Source: Octopus sinensis (taxonomy: Eukaryota). From it: a DNA stretch of 58,354 nt. The stretch lies in NCBI RefSeq assembly GCF_006345805.1, contig NW_021833104.1:1-58354 (forward strand), written 5' to 3'. Of the stretch, positions 1 to 11,359 are shown one piece after another; the first letter of the stretch is position 1, and each line of letters opens with the position of its first letter. The notes beneath the pieces were generated by a model. The model worked only from the letters and a program-made list of their open reading frames with translations. It did no database searches and was not told the DNA's origin. The translations under genes and the position numbers were made by a program.

Positions 1-54
1 GTCGATGTGATCGACTTCCCACTCCCCATAAAATCTCGTCTTTGTGTCTTTAGT

Positions 55-160
55 AGAATCATTATTATTATCATCATTATCATCATCATCATTGTCGTCG
101 TCGTCGTCGTTGTCATCATTTTCATCATCATCCTCATCATCATTATTATTATAATTAAGG
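55..160. repeat. (ATT/ATC/GTC)n trinucleotide microsatellite
   Basis: Directly visible ATT, ATC and GTC runs; explains the poly-Ile/Val ORF 7..204. Confidence 0.9.
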
Positions 161-568
161 TGGTGAACTGGGACAACCATCAGTGCATCGGACAATCTAC
201 TTAATATCATTACTTCCGGTTTAACATTTGAGTACAAATGACAATGGGCTCAACTTTGCTTTTCATCACTTAAGGGTCGACAAATTAAGGGCCAGTTAAG
301 CACAAAGGTAGATATAATGCATTTGCTCTCTCCTCTTAAAATTTCAAGCCTCGTGACAATAGCAGAAAGGGTTATTATAATCATTTTTAATTATCATTAT
401 TTAGCTTTTATTTTAATCGTTAGTCATTGTCACCGCCATCATCATCACCACAACAATCAGCAGTACCACCACCACCAGCGCCGTCACCTATTCCAGATTG
501 AAGACGAGCAATGACTCAGAAACTAGTCTCTGATTGCTGGCTTTGCTGGGTGGAGGTGCTTATCTCAC

Positions 569-627
569 CATTGTAAACATAAGGACATAGGAAATGTGTC
601 AAGGCTGACAGGAAGCGGTGCTTCTTC
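569..627 (-). other. Weak candidate 59-nt internal exon
   Basis: Minus strand reads ...ctatttaaccctag|GAAGAAGCACC...TTTACAATG|gtgaga in non-repetitive sequence. Two frames are open (KKHRFLSALTHFLCPYVYN or EEAPLPVSLDTFPMSLCLQ). I recognise no homology. Confidence 0.22.
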
Positions 628-757
628 CTAGGGTTAAATAGCAGTAGTATTATTCCCTTCATGGGACTGTCACATTAATTTGACAGCATACAACTACTTT
701 GTCGTATCACTACTGCATAAATCTCTCTGAGAGATTTAGAAATGCATTATGTATATA

Positions 758-799
<42 letters not shown>

Positions 800-1489
800 A
801 ACAATTGGCGGGATAGAAGTTCTGATATTGAAAATGCACAGAGAATATATTAGAATTAATTAGAATTTAATTATACTTTAATATATAGGAATACTCTTGA
901 CCGGTAATTACATTAGATTTTCAAAAGTGTAGAGTATATATATATGGAGCTGTGTATATCTTTGTAAAGCAGAGTATATGCGTCTATGTGTATGTTGTAT
1001 AACAGAACTAGCGATGGCGCAACGAACGAAAATACCAACGTGAACAGTAATATGAAGTTAATTAGTAAAACTAAACACTCAAAAAAATAAAGCAGAAAAA
1101 TCAAATGAAACATTCTAAAAATGATCGCAAAAAATATAAAAATACAACGAAGTGAAATGACAAGGAAAACCAATATGTCGACCATGTTACAAGTCCAGAC
1201 AGAAAGCCAGACGGTTTATTCTTTAAAGAAATACTTTAATAAGGCAGCACTATGACACCGATTTCTTGTCAGCATTTAACATTGTTAACCCCTATTTTCG
1301 GGTAGATATCTCGATATCTCTCTCCTTCATTTTGATTTGTGCATTTTTGTTGTTGTTGTTGTTGTTGTTGTGTTGGTTGGAGCGGGAGGTAGCGATGGTT
1401 GCTGGCAACATTGGTGGTAGCGTGGGTGGTATTATTTATAGTCTTCTTTTAACTCTGTTTATCTGGGTTTTATTCCGTTTCATACACAC

Positions 1490-1570
1490 GCACACACACA
1501 CACATTCACATATGTATATGTGTGTATATTATATGTATATATATATATGTATATATATATGTATATATAT

Positions 1571-1608
<38 letters not shown>

Positions 1609-1928
1609 ATATATTATATATATAGAGAAGAGAGAGAGAGATAGAAGAGAGAGAGTAGATAGATAGATAGATAGATAGATTAGATAGATAGATTAGATAG
1701 ATAGATAGATAGATAGATAGAGAGATATACATTATGTATATACACAATCTATATGTATATATGTATATTTACACATTCACACAGGTCTCTTCCTATATGT
1801 CCCGGATTTAAATCCTGGGAGAATTAAGTAACATTTAGCTACCTGTAATTAGCTACCTTGTAATTATTTCTCTGAATTTTTCCTTTAAATTGCAAACTCT
1901 CTCTGTCTGTCTGTCTCTCTCTCTCTCA

Positions 1929-2014
<86 letters not shown>

Positions 2015-2200
2015 TATATGTATATACACATACATACATATATGTATATAATGTATATATGTATTATGAATGTATGTATGTGTGTGTGTATATATAAGTG
2101 TGTGTGTGAGTGTGAGTGTAAGTTTGTGAGTTACTGCGCGCATGCTTGTCTGTATGTTTATACATCTATATCTATATATAAGTACATATATTGGGTCCGT
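1490..2200. repeat. Compound microsatellite block (CA, TA, GA, TAGA, TC, TG)
   Basis: Consecutive di- and tetranucleotide runs visible in the sequence. Confidence 0.9.
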
Positions 2201-2620
2201 ATACTCATAAGCATTCTTGGGCATAGGTATGCATGTCTGTTTCAGGTATGACCATATGTATGCATGATGAGGTGATGTGTGCACCCGCGTGCAGCATATT
2301 CGCAACCACGTGGACTAAATCCTGGCTCCGTTCTTTCGTATTTTGAAGAAATAATCTTTTCTGTAACCAGGTGTATTCCCATCTGGGAATCAAAGTGCAA
2401 GCTTGCGACTGTGAATACAACACCCTAACCAAATTTATTTGTATTAATATATATATACTTTTTTCAGGATTAAATAAAGAGACGACAAACGGAAAACACG
2501 CACAAACACACATATACACTCAGGCATGTCCTATCTTCCATTTGTTTGTTTTTTTATTTAATCCTGAAAATATATTATGTTAACGCAGCAAGCACTTTAT
2601 TTTCACCTATATATATATAG

Positions 2621-2674
<54 letters not shown>

Positions 2675-2806
2675 ATATAAATATATTATATGATATATTG
2701 TGTGTGTGCGTGTGTGTGGTTGTGTGTTTGTATGTGTGTGCCTGTGAACTGTGATGCCCCAGCATGACTGCAGCTTTACAGATGAAACACTTAAAAGTAT
2801 ACAAGA

Positions 2807-2848
<42 letters not shown>

Positions 2849-3212
2849 TGAGAGAGAGAGAGGGAGAGAGAGAGGGAGAGGGAGAGAGGGAGTGAGTTAG
2901 TGAGAGAGTGTGGGAGAGAGGTAGAAACAAAAAAGACTGATGCATACATACATACATACATACATACATACATTACATATTTACATATTTACACAAATAC
3001 ATATTATGTACTGTGCATAGCATATTACTGTTTTAATTAATCTGCAGCGAACTCTTTTCTTGCTGTCTTCTTTCCGTCTGTTTCTTTCTATAGTTTGCGT
3101 TCAAAAAAAAAAAAAATCGTCCTCACTCCTTTGCTATACACAATCTCCCTCACACGATATTCGCATAAAAGCAAACCCCACCACCACCAGCTGCCCTATC
3201 ATCCACACTAAC

Positions 3213-3329
3213 CATTGTAGTTTATGAAACCTTCTGACATATCAGATGTTGACAGTAGCCGGACACTGATTAGCGACCGTAAAGGAAACATAAAAAGCAA
3301 ATAAACCAAAAGAGGGACGCCGCCATTTT
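3213..3329 (-). promoter_or_regulatory. Weak candidate first exon or 5' region with a YY1-like motif
   Basis: Minus strand has AAAATGGCGGC (3329-3319, YY1 consensus). A downstream ATG at 3291 opens MFPLRSLISVRLLSTSDMSEGFINYN, ending at a donor-like G|GTTAGT (3213/3212). Confidence 0.2.
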
Positions 3330-3619
3330 ATTTATTGACTTCTTTCGTTTGGGGTTGAGAGTATAAATTAAATTTAATTCCGGGGTATATAACCCCATGT
3401 ATTTTATGTGTTGTGTTTGGTTGAGGTGGGACCTTGTTTATAGACCTGTTATTTCGGAGTATATTAAATAAGAGTTTCTGCATTGGTGTTCTTAGGGAGG
3501 TTGTTCTGGGTTTATTTATTTATTTATCTTTTTGGTTTTTTTTTCGTTGTTTTGTTTTGTTGGAACGTCAACATCGGCGGTAATGTGTTGGTTGCTATTT
3601 TTTGCAACCATACCTATTA

Positions 3620-4330
3620 CCACCACCAACAACAACAACACTATCACCAGACAACCGCCACCACCACTGACACCAACACCATCACCAACAACACCAACAC
3701 CACCTCCACCAACATTATCACCACACCGTCATCACCACCACCTCCACCACCACCACTACCACCAACACTACCACCACAATCAACACTATCACCACCACCA
3801 CCACCACCACCACCACCACCACTACCACCAATGCCACCGCTCCAAACACTACCACCACCAAAATCTCCGTCACACCGTGACCACGACCACCAGGCCACCA
3901 CCACCAACACCACAACCATCATCACCATTATGATTTAAATCACTATCATTAAAATTAGCACAACCATCACCACCTCAAGCACTATCACCGCTACCTTCAC
4001 GGCCACAAGTACCATCACCATTACCACAAACACCAGCCGCACTACCACAATCGCCACCACCACAACCATCGCAACATCCAGTACCACCAGCACAAGCACT
4101 AGAATCACCCCAATATTACCACCATAAAAGCCACCACGACATTTATTACCACCACCAAAACTACCATCACCACCAACACCATCATTAAAATTTCCCCCTC
4201 AGTTACCGCCACCACAACCATCAACAACATCACCACGACCACCACTATGATAAAAACTATCACCACCGACACTACGAGGCACCAACTACAGTTACCACCA
4301 CGAACAAAAAACACAGCCACAGCTACCACC
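3620..4330. repeat. Degenerate (CAC/ACC/CAA)n low-complexity tract
   Basis: Imperfect ACC/CAC repeats; source of the poly-Pro/His/Thr ORFs. Confidence 0.85.
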
Positions 4331-4541
4331 GTAATCCTCATTAGGTCCTGTAGTTAGGATGGTGTTTACGGTACATTTGATAAAATAAAAGGACGTCCAT
4401 TCAATGTCGAAATTAGGTACTAGACATTGAGTTTTCCATATGTAGATTATTACATAGCAGTCACACCTTCGCTGCTATCATTACATTATCAACACTATCT
4501 TTCCTGAATCATAACTGTTGCTGCTGTGTTGTTGTTCTATT

Positions 4542-4922
4542 TATTTCTTTATTGCCAACAGGGGGCAAACATAGAGGGGACCAAGGGATTAAGTCCATTG
4601 CATCGACTCCGAAAGGATGAAAGGCAAAGTCGACCTCGGCGGAATTTGAGCTCAGAACGTAATGGCAGGCGAAATACCTATTTTTATTATTATTTTTTTT
4701 ATTACCCACAAGGGGCTAAACATAGAGGGGACAAACATGGACAGACATAGGTATTAAGTCGATTACATCGACCCCAGTGCGTAACTGGTACTTAATTTAT
4801 CGACCCCGAAAGGATGAAAGGCAAAGTCGACCTCGGCGGAATTTGAACTCACAACGTAATGGCAGGCGAAATACCGCTAAGCATTTCGCCCGGCATGCTA
4901 ACGAGTCTGCCAGCTCGCCGCC
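4542..4922 (-). mobile_element. tRNA-derived SINE family A: one full copy plus one 5'-truncated tandem body
   Basis: Minus strand reads GGCGGCGAGCTGGCAGACTCGTTAG (A box)...GAGTTCAAATTCC (B box)...GCCTTTCATCCTTTCGGGGTCGATAAATTAAGTACCAG...CCCCTTGTGGGTAAT. A second body restarts at GGTATTTCG (4678). Confidence 0.85.
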
Positions 4923-4989
4923 TGTTTTTATTGTTTTAATGTGTGGGTTCGCGCACGCGTGTTTGTGTGTATGAATAATATACAAATAT

Positions 4990-5300
4990 CAACAGATGGG
5001 TAATGATTCACTCACAGCTGTTTGAGACGTTTTATTGATGAATAGACCTATAACTTAAAAAGAAATTTTAAAAGCTTTTAATCAGGTGAATATATGCCGG
5101 AATTAAACATTTTAAAGGCTTCTCTAGTCGAAATTCACCAGAGTATCATGCAATGGCACATAGAAAGATTCGTTGGAAGGTTTTTTACAATATTTAATTC
5201 GTTCATATATATACATGATGAAAACGATGTAATAACTCTATTCATCGATAAAAAAAAAGTTTGAAACAGCTGTAGCGAGTGAACCATTATCCATCTGTTG
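4990..5300. repeat. Fold-back element with ~60-bp imperfect inverted arms containing the HHR 3'-half motif GAAACAGCTGTA
   Basis: caacagatgggtaatgattcactc...acagctgtttg at 4990 pairs with tttgaaacagctgtagcgagtgaaccattatccatctgttg ending at 5300. Confidence 0.7.
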
Positions 5301-5520
5301 TTATTTATTTATTATTCACCTTACTCGGAACACGTAATTCGTGTGGATCTGGGGTTTATTAATTACAGTACAATTGGTAGTGTTTCTGCCTAGGAATAAC
5401 CTTCTTTTTTTCTTGAGTCGGTTCATGGTGATTACTTATAGGCTTTAAGCATATATTATTATTAATTTTCATAATATAGATATATTATATATATATATAT
5501 ATATATTATATACCACATAT

Positions 5521-5669
5521 ACATTATTTACATTATTTACATTTGACGGATATTTGTCCTCATCTTATATTTTATTAGCACAACGTTTCGGCTGATGTAC
5601 TCTCCAGCCTTTATCAGATGTCTTGGGGAAATTTTGAAGCTGGGTTCTCATCCCTAAGGTATTTTTCGA

Positions 5670-5719
<50 letters not shown>

Positions 5720-5727
5720 TATTATTA

Positions 5728-5765
<38 letters not shown>

Positions 5766-5849
5766 ATATTCGGGTCACTGACTGGAATCGAACTCGGAAT
5801 CTTTGGGTTAGTAGCCCGCGCTCTTTACCACAATGCCATATGCCCGTGG
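5521..5849 (-). mobile_element. Composite SINE: tRNA-like head, (TAA)n spacer, Penelope-like tail with a hammerhead motif
   Basis: Minus strand: head CCACGGGCATATGGCATTGTGGTAAAGAGC...GAGTTCGATTCC (A/B boxes, 5849-5770), then (TAA)n, then the HHR-like motif at 5622-5577, then a tandem AAATAATGT tail. Confidence 0.7.
5577..5622 (-). ncRNA. Minimal type-I hammerhead ribozyme motif (degenerate: G8 to A)
   Basis: GACAT-CTGATAA-A-GGCTG(GAGAGTACAT)CAGCC-GAAACGTT-GTGCT. Stem II is 5 bp, stem III is the palindrome AACGTT, and stem I is partly paired. The core differs from CTGATGA by one base. Confidence 0.65.
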
Positions 5850-6042
5850 TACTTATTCTATTGGATATTTTTGCCGGACTGTTAGAGTATGAAAATGTAA
5901 ACACACCAACACCCGTTGTCAAGCGGTAGAGTGGAAAAGAACACAAAAGTGATGATATACACACATGCACATATATCAGGGGATTCCACACAGTTTCCAT
6001 ATATATATGCAGAGAAAGAGAGAGAGAGGCAGATAGATAGAT

Positions 6043-6110
<68 letters not shown>

Positions 6111-6181
6111 TAAGCTTACCTCAAAGAGGATGCGTGGCATTCAATCATATAATAATATAAATAATATAAAATGTATATATA

Positions 6182-6619
6182 CATATGGGCAGAGGACGTC
6201 ACGAAACGTGTGTAACAAAAAATACGAAATACGAGTACATGGAATATGAACTATTTTTTCGAAGAACAAAAGATACAAATGGAAAACAATACAAACAAAA
6301 TAAAGAATGGAACGCCAGCTCCTTCTTCCGCCACCACGAACGCGTTTGTTTTCAGTGTCCTGTTTGTGTAACGAGTTTTGACCTTCCAAATTTTATCTAA
6401 TTTGCTTCGCGGGAGCAACCGTCTTATCGAAAGCGTATATTGTTGTTAAATGCTCGAATTACGAGAGTAGAAAACAGCCAACAACTGAAGAGTCGTGCTT
6501 TATGCTGTGTGTGTTATTTTCCATTTGAGTCTTTCGTTGTTCGAAAAATGTTTATATTCCATGTACTCGTACTTCGTATTTTATGTTGTACACGTTTCGT
6601 GACTTCCTGTACCCACATA

Positions 6620-6621
<2 letters not shown>
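6182..6621. repeat. Fold-back element with ~125-bp imperfect inverted arms
   Basis: catatgggcagaggacgtcacgaaacgtgtgtaac...ataaag versus the reverse complement of ctttatg...acacgtttcgtgacttcctgtacccacatatg. Confidence 0.75.
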
Positions 6622-6680
<59 letters not shown>

Positions 6681-6819
6681 TAGCACTATGGTATAAATTT
6701 GTTAAATGAAAAATTTGGGGTAATAAAACATACAATGACATATTAAAATGACGAATTAAAATTCCAGAGAAAAATATATAGGAGATAAATATACAAATTT
6801 ACAAAAATACATAAAAGTT

Positions 6820-6899
6820 CATCTACGGGCCGTTTCGGAGATGCATCAATTAATATGAAACATTATATATTTAAAATTGACACTCACTTCGTCAGGATG
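6820..6899 (-). ncRNA. Minimal type-I hammerhead ribozyme motif with a long stem II
   Basis: Minus strand: CATC-CTGACGA-A-GTGAGTGTCAATT...AATTGATGCATCTCC-GAAAC-GGCCC-GTA^GATG. Both core halves are intact, stem I is CATC/GATG, and stem III is near-palindromic (ACGGCCCGT). Confidence 0.7.
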
Positions 6900-7734
6900 T
6901 TTTTTACACACAACACATAATACACGGAAACAAATGCACAATTACATACCTGCTACATGCGAAAGACCAGATATTACGTACTCCAAAAAATTCTCCTAGA
7001 TACTGAATGCTACTTTATAAGCATATAATTCAATCTAACAGCTATAGTAAATGGTATGAGCACATCTCCATCTGGACTAATTCACTTCTGCACTCAATTA
7101 AATTTTTCATCTTTTAATTTCTCCCATTCATGCAAAGCCACATATTCGAGTTCAAGTCATTGATACATTTTATACTAATTGCTATTTTTCCTTTTAATTG
7201 TTATATAACGATTTAATTACTATTTTAATGAAATAAAATATAATTAAATACTACTTACTATATTTACTATATTTAATTCAATTTTTATTATTACCTCTAA
7301 CTTTTATTGCAGTTTTTATTTCTAAATTTCTTATGGAATGTCGAGCGGATCTTATGCGTACAATATATTTTTATATGATGTTTATATATTTATATATTAC
7401 TATATATTTCTAAACGTCGGGCTTTATGTCTGTTCTGTAGATGTAAATGAATATATGAATATATGTATGTGTTTGATCTTTCTGTGGATTTTGTAGTGCT
7501 TTTGTAGTTGCTGCTCGCATTGCCTCCCCTCGGATTAAAAAGTGTATACAGCTCATTTGAGCACTACTATTCCAGTCTGTTATATATTTTGAGCGTTGTT
7601 GTCACTAACGATCTAAAGATATAACTTTATATTTTGTAATATATATATATATATATTTACATCCATATACATACAATAAAGAGATGTTTTTGTTTCACTT
7701 TTAACACGTAATACTGAAATAGTGAACATATGAC

Positions 7735-7996
7735 ACTGCTGTGGGCTCGCTCTAAGTAAGGCATGTGTAAAATTTGAATGAAACTGGTTCCGTAGTTCTC
7801 AAGTTTTAAGGAATCAGAGTGGAGAAGATATGATATTACTGTGGGCTCGTCCTAGGCATAAAGTTAAAAAGTTTTTGCCGATGACACTCCCCGGACACTA
7901 AGTAAGGCATGTGTGAAATTTGAATGAAATTGGTTGCGTGGTTAGCAAGTTTTAGGGAAACACACAGACAGACAGGCAGATACACACACATTCTCA

Positions 7997-8005
<9 letters not shown>
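7735..8005 (+). mobile_element. 3' fragment of a Lep1/DINE-like non-autonomous rolling-circle element with an internal duplication
   Basis: taagtaaggcatgtgt(a/g)aaatttgaatgaaa(c/t)tggtt occurs twice, followed by an ACAG microsatellite and ttttatatatat. This is the same layout as the 3' end of 45162-45972. Confidence 0.5.
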
Positions 8006-8033
<28 letters not shown>

Positions 8034-8470
8034 TGTTAGTAATACCAGCGATTATAATTATTTTTATTTTATCGCAATTTGATTTGTTATATATATATAT
8101 ATATATTATATAATATATATATATATATAATATATATATATACTATAGATGTATGTATGTACATATATGTAAGTATATATGCATATATATGTATTATTTA
8201 TACTATATATATATGTATATATATATATATATATATAATAACGGTAAATTTCGGTAAATTTCGAAAAACCACAAGAAAATTACATGAAAAACCACAAGAA
8301 AATATGTTGTTTTATTAAATATACTATAGATAATATATACTATATATATATATATATAATATATATATGTATATATATATATGTATATATATATAGTTGT
8401 ATTGTATATATACATATATATATATATAATATATATATTATATATATATAGATTATATATAATATATATA

Positions 8471-8521
<51 letters not shown>

Positions 8522-8529
8522 TATATATA

Positions 8530-8671
8530 TAATTTTAATAAATAGTCAAAAAAACCGCCACTAAAATTTTAATAAATAGTCAAAAAAACCGCCACAAAAT
8601 CTTAATAAATAGTCAAAAAAACTGATTAAGTCTTTCCTTGTTTGTTTTGCAAAATAGTGGTTTTGTCTCTA

Positions 8672-8676
<5 letters not shown>
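8530..8676 (+). repeat. Three ~35-bp tandem units plus a segment homologous to the distal arm of the 47-kb HHR palindrome
   Basis: taataaatagtcaaaaaaacc occurs about three times. gattaagtctttccttgtttgttttgcaaaatagtggttttgtctctaat closely matches 47385-47432. Confidence 0.65.
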
Positions 8677-8705
<29 letters not shown>

Positions 8706-8742
8706 GATATATATATATAATATATAAATATAAACTATGCAC

Positions 8743-8976
8743 ATACCTATCTCTTTACTACCCACAAGGGGCTAAACACAGAGAGGACAAACAAGGACAA
8801 ACAAATGAATTAAGTCGGTTATATCGACCGCAGTACGTAACTGGTACTTATTTAATCGACCCTGAAAGGATGAAAGGCAAAGTCGACCTCGGCGGAATTT
8901 GAACTGAGAATGTAGTGGCAGACGAAATACCGCTAAGCATTTCGCCCGGCATGCTAACGATTCTGCCAGCTCACCG
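8743..8976 (-). mobile_element. tRNA-derived SINE family A with a GGTAT stub of a second unit
   Basis: Full head and body on the minus strand; ends GTAGTAAAGAGATA|GGTAT. Confidence 0.85.
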
Positions 8977-9304
8977 TTGGGACAAGCTCTCTAAGCTGAA
9001 TAAAAAGAATTAATGAAATATAAAGTCGTAAGAAACTGAGAAAAAGTGAGCTACATGCATGTCATATCCGGCAGAGGATTACTAGTAAAGTATGAAATAA
9101 ATGAGCAATTTCCGTATTAATAAAGCGGACCAATTAGGAGTTGATCAAGAAACAATGAAATATCAGCGTCTTGCGAAGGTTTACGATTGTGTAAAACAGA
9201 TATATTCAGATTAAGGCTGGAGTAAATTAATATAAATCGGTTTAACTAAACCTGAGTTCATGTCAGCAAGCGTGCACTTTCCTTTATATACATCCACAAA
9301 CACA

Positions 9305-9360
<56 letters not shown>

Positions 9361-9607
9361 ACACTTATATGTGTATGTATGTGTGTGTAATTTCATGCAT
9401 ATATAGAAATAAATACATGGAGGCATATATATATGTATGTATATGTAAATATATATATATATACACATACACAAATGTATATATGCATGCATGTATGTAT
9501 GTATGTATGTATGTGTATATGTATACGTGTGGCGCTTCCGGTTTTGTAAACAGGCTGTAAAATATGTTTAGAATTATGTTGATTTATGACTAGACATAAT
9601 TATTATA

Positions 9608-9745
9608 TACTAGCAGTATAACACGGCCTTGCCCGGGATTAAGTTACAATTATTAAGCTAATCAAGTTCTTCATTTCAAACCAAAGTAAGTAATATCGAC
9701 GTCAAATTTGGGCAAAATCCGTTGAAATTGGTTATTATAATATAT
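9608..9745 (+). mobile_element. 5' fragment of a Lep1/DINE-like rolling-circle element
   Basis: TACTAGCAGTATAACACGGCCTTGCCCGGG resembles the 5' terminus TACTAGCAGCATAGCCCGGCGTTGCCCGGG at 45972 (minus). Confidence 0.5.
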
Positions 9746-10209
9746 TATATCTATATTATATATATATAATAATATAATATAATATAATATAATATAAATA
9801 TATATGGGCAACAGACACGAATACACATGTACGTACGTACACCTATTGCATGTTTTGTGCATGCATACATGTTCATAAACAGAACTGAATGGGAAAATGT
9901 TAAATTTGTAGATTAAAACTCGCACGATTTTCACTAAGAAAAATGATCGTTTCTTTTTGCGTGGAATCAACTACTCTGGCCTCCTAATATGCTACAAAAC
10001 CCTTATTGTGGTCCGTGAAAGGGAGTGGGTGTGGTGGAAGCACTGACAAATTGCTACTCACCTCTTCGTTTCTTTGTTAAATAAATGGATTGTCAACAAA
10101 ACACTTTTTTACTCGGCGTAAAATTAAAACAAAACTCTTTCGCACCCAGAGTAATGTGTGTGAGAGAGAGGGGGGAAGAAAGATGAACGATTTCAAATAA
10201 ATAAATGAT

Positions 10210-11075
10210 TTTTAAAAATTTTGGGAAAAAATTTGGGGAAAATTTTCAAAAAATTTCTCAAACATTTTTGAGGAAGATGGTCAAAGAATTTATCAAATAT
10301 TTTGGGGAAAATTCTCAAAATATTTATCAAAAATTTTTGGGGAAAATTTACTAAAATTTTTCAAAAATTTTGTGATAAATTTTTGGAAACTTTTCCCCAA
10401 AAATTTTTTTTCCCTAAAAATTTTTGAAAATTTTTGAAAAATTTTTTGAAAATTTTCCCCAATATTTTTGATAAGTTTTTTAAAAAATTTTCCCAAGGAT
10501 TTAAAAATTTTTTGAAAATTTTCCCCAAATATTTTTGAAAAGTTTTTTGAAAATTTTCCCCAAAATTTTTGAAAAGTTTTTTCAAAATTTCCCCAAATTT
10601 TGAAAGTTTTTGAAAATTTTCCCAAACTTTTTAAAAGTTTGAAATTTTCCCCAAAAATATTTGGGGAAAATTTTCAAAAACTTTTCAAAAATTTTGAGGA
10701 AAATTTTCAAAAAATTTCCAAAAATATTTGGGGAAAATTTTCAAATAATTAAAAAAAAATTTTTGGGGAGAATTTTCAAAAAACATTTTTAAAAATTTTG
10801 GAGAAAATTTTCAATAAACTTTTTAAAAATATTTGGGGAAAATTTTAAAAAACTTTTCAAAAATATTTGGGGAAAATTTTCAAAGAATTTTTCAAAAACT
10901 TTCGGGGTAAATTTTCAAAAACTTTTGCAAAAATTATGGGGAAAATTTTCAAAAATTTTTCAAAAATTTCTGGGGAATGTTTTCAAAAAATTTTCTCAAA
11001 TTTTGGGGAAAATTATCCAAAAACATTTCAAAAATTTTTGGGGAAAATTTTCCAAAAATTTTTCAAAATTTTGGG
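10210..11075. repeat. ~35-bp AT-rich minisatellite (ttggggaaaattttcaaaaa...) with an internal inverted block
   Basis: GGGGAAAATTTT units run 10215-10375 and 10660-11075; the reverse-complement AAAATTTTCCCC units run ~10385-10655. Confidence 0.85.
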
Positions 11076-11204
11076 GGCTAAATGTATGTATGTAGGCATG
11101 TAAGTATGTATGTATGTAAGTATGTATGTATGTAAGTATGTATGTATGTATGTATGTATGTATGTATGTATGTATGTATGTATATATGTCATTATTCAGT
11201 ATAT

Positions 11205-11286
11205 TTCAATAGAGGAAGAACCGGTTTCTAGCCTACATCCGAAGTTCCTTTATTGGACTTTCAACACCAGCAACAGTGTATTTTTG

Positions 11287-11290
<4 letters not shown>
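11205..11290 (-). mobile_element. 3'-UTR fragment of an RLE LINE embedded in (TATG)n
   Basis: Minus strand ctagaaaccggttcttcctctattgaaatatactgaataat resembles the 3' UTR at 11730-11680; flanked by TATG runs on both sides. Confidence 0.45.
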
Positions 11291-11320
<30 letters not shown>

Positions 11321-11359
11321 TGTATGTATGTATGTATGTATGTATGTATATATGTATGT

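Noticed and set aside
480-720. Conserved bilaterian or molluscan miRNA precursors in unique stretches (also 3200-3280 and 50320-50390)
   Set aside because: I found no match to mature miRNA sequences I remember; a partial resemblance to miR-190 near 50330 fails on the seed-distal sequence and the hairpin.
913-1185. Hydrophobic 90-aa minus-strand ORF resembling a membrane protein
   Set aside because: The hydrophobicity follows from T-rich composition; no recognisable family or splice context.
5770-5849. Possible tRNA genes (also at 14380-14453, 39480-39556 and the SINE A/B heads)
   Set aside because: A and B boxes are present, but acceptor stems do not pair and each continues into a repeated SINE body.
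6900-7200. Possible Penelope ORF remnant upstream of the 6820 HHR
   Set aside because: The minus-strand translation I tried shows no GIY-YIG or RT motif.
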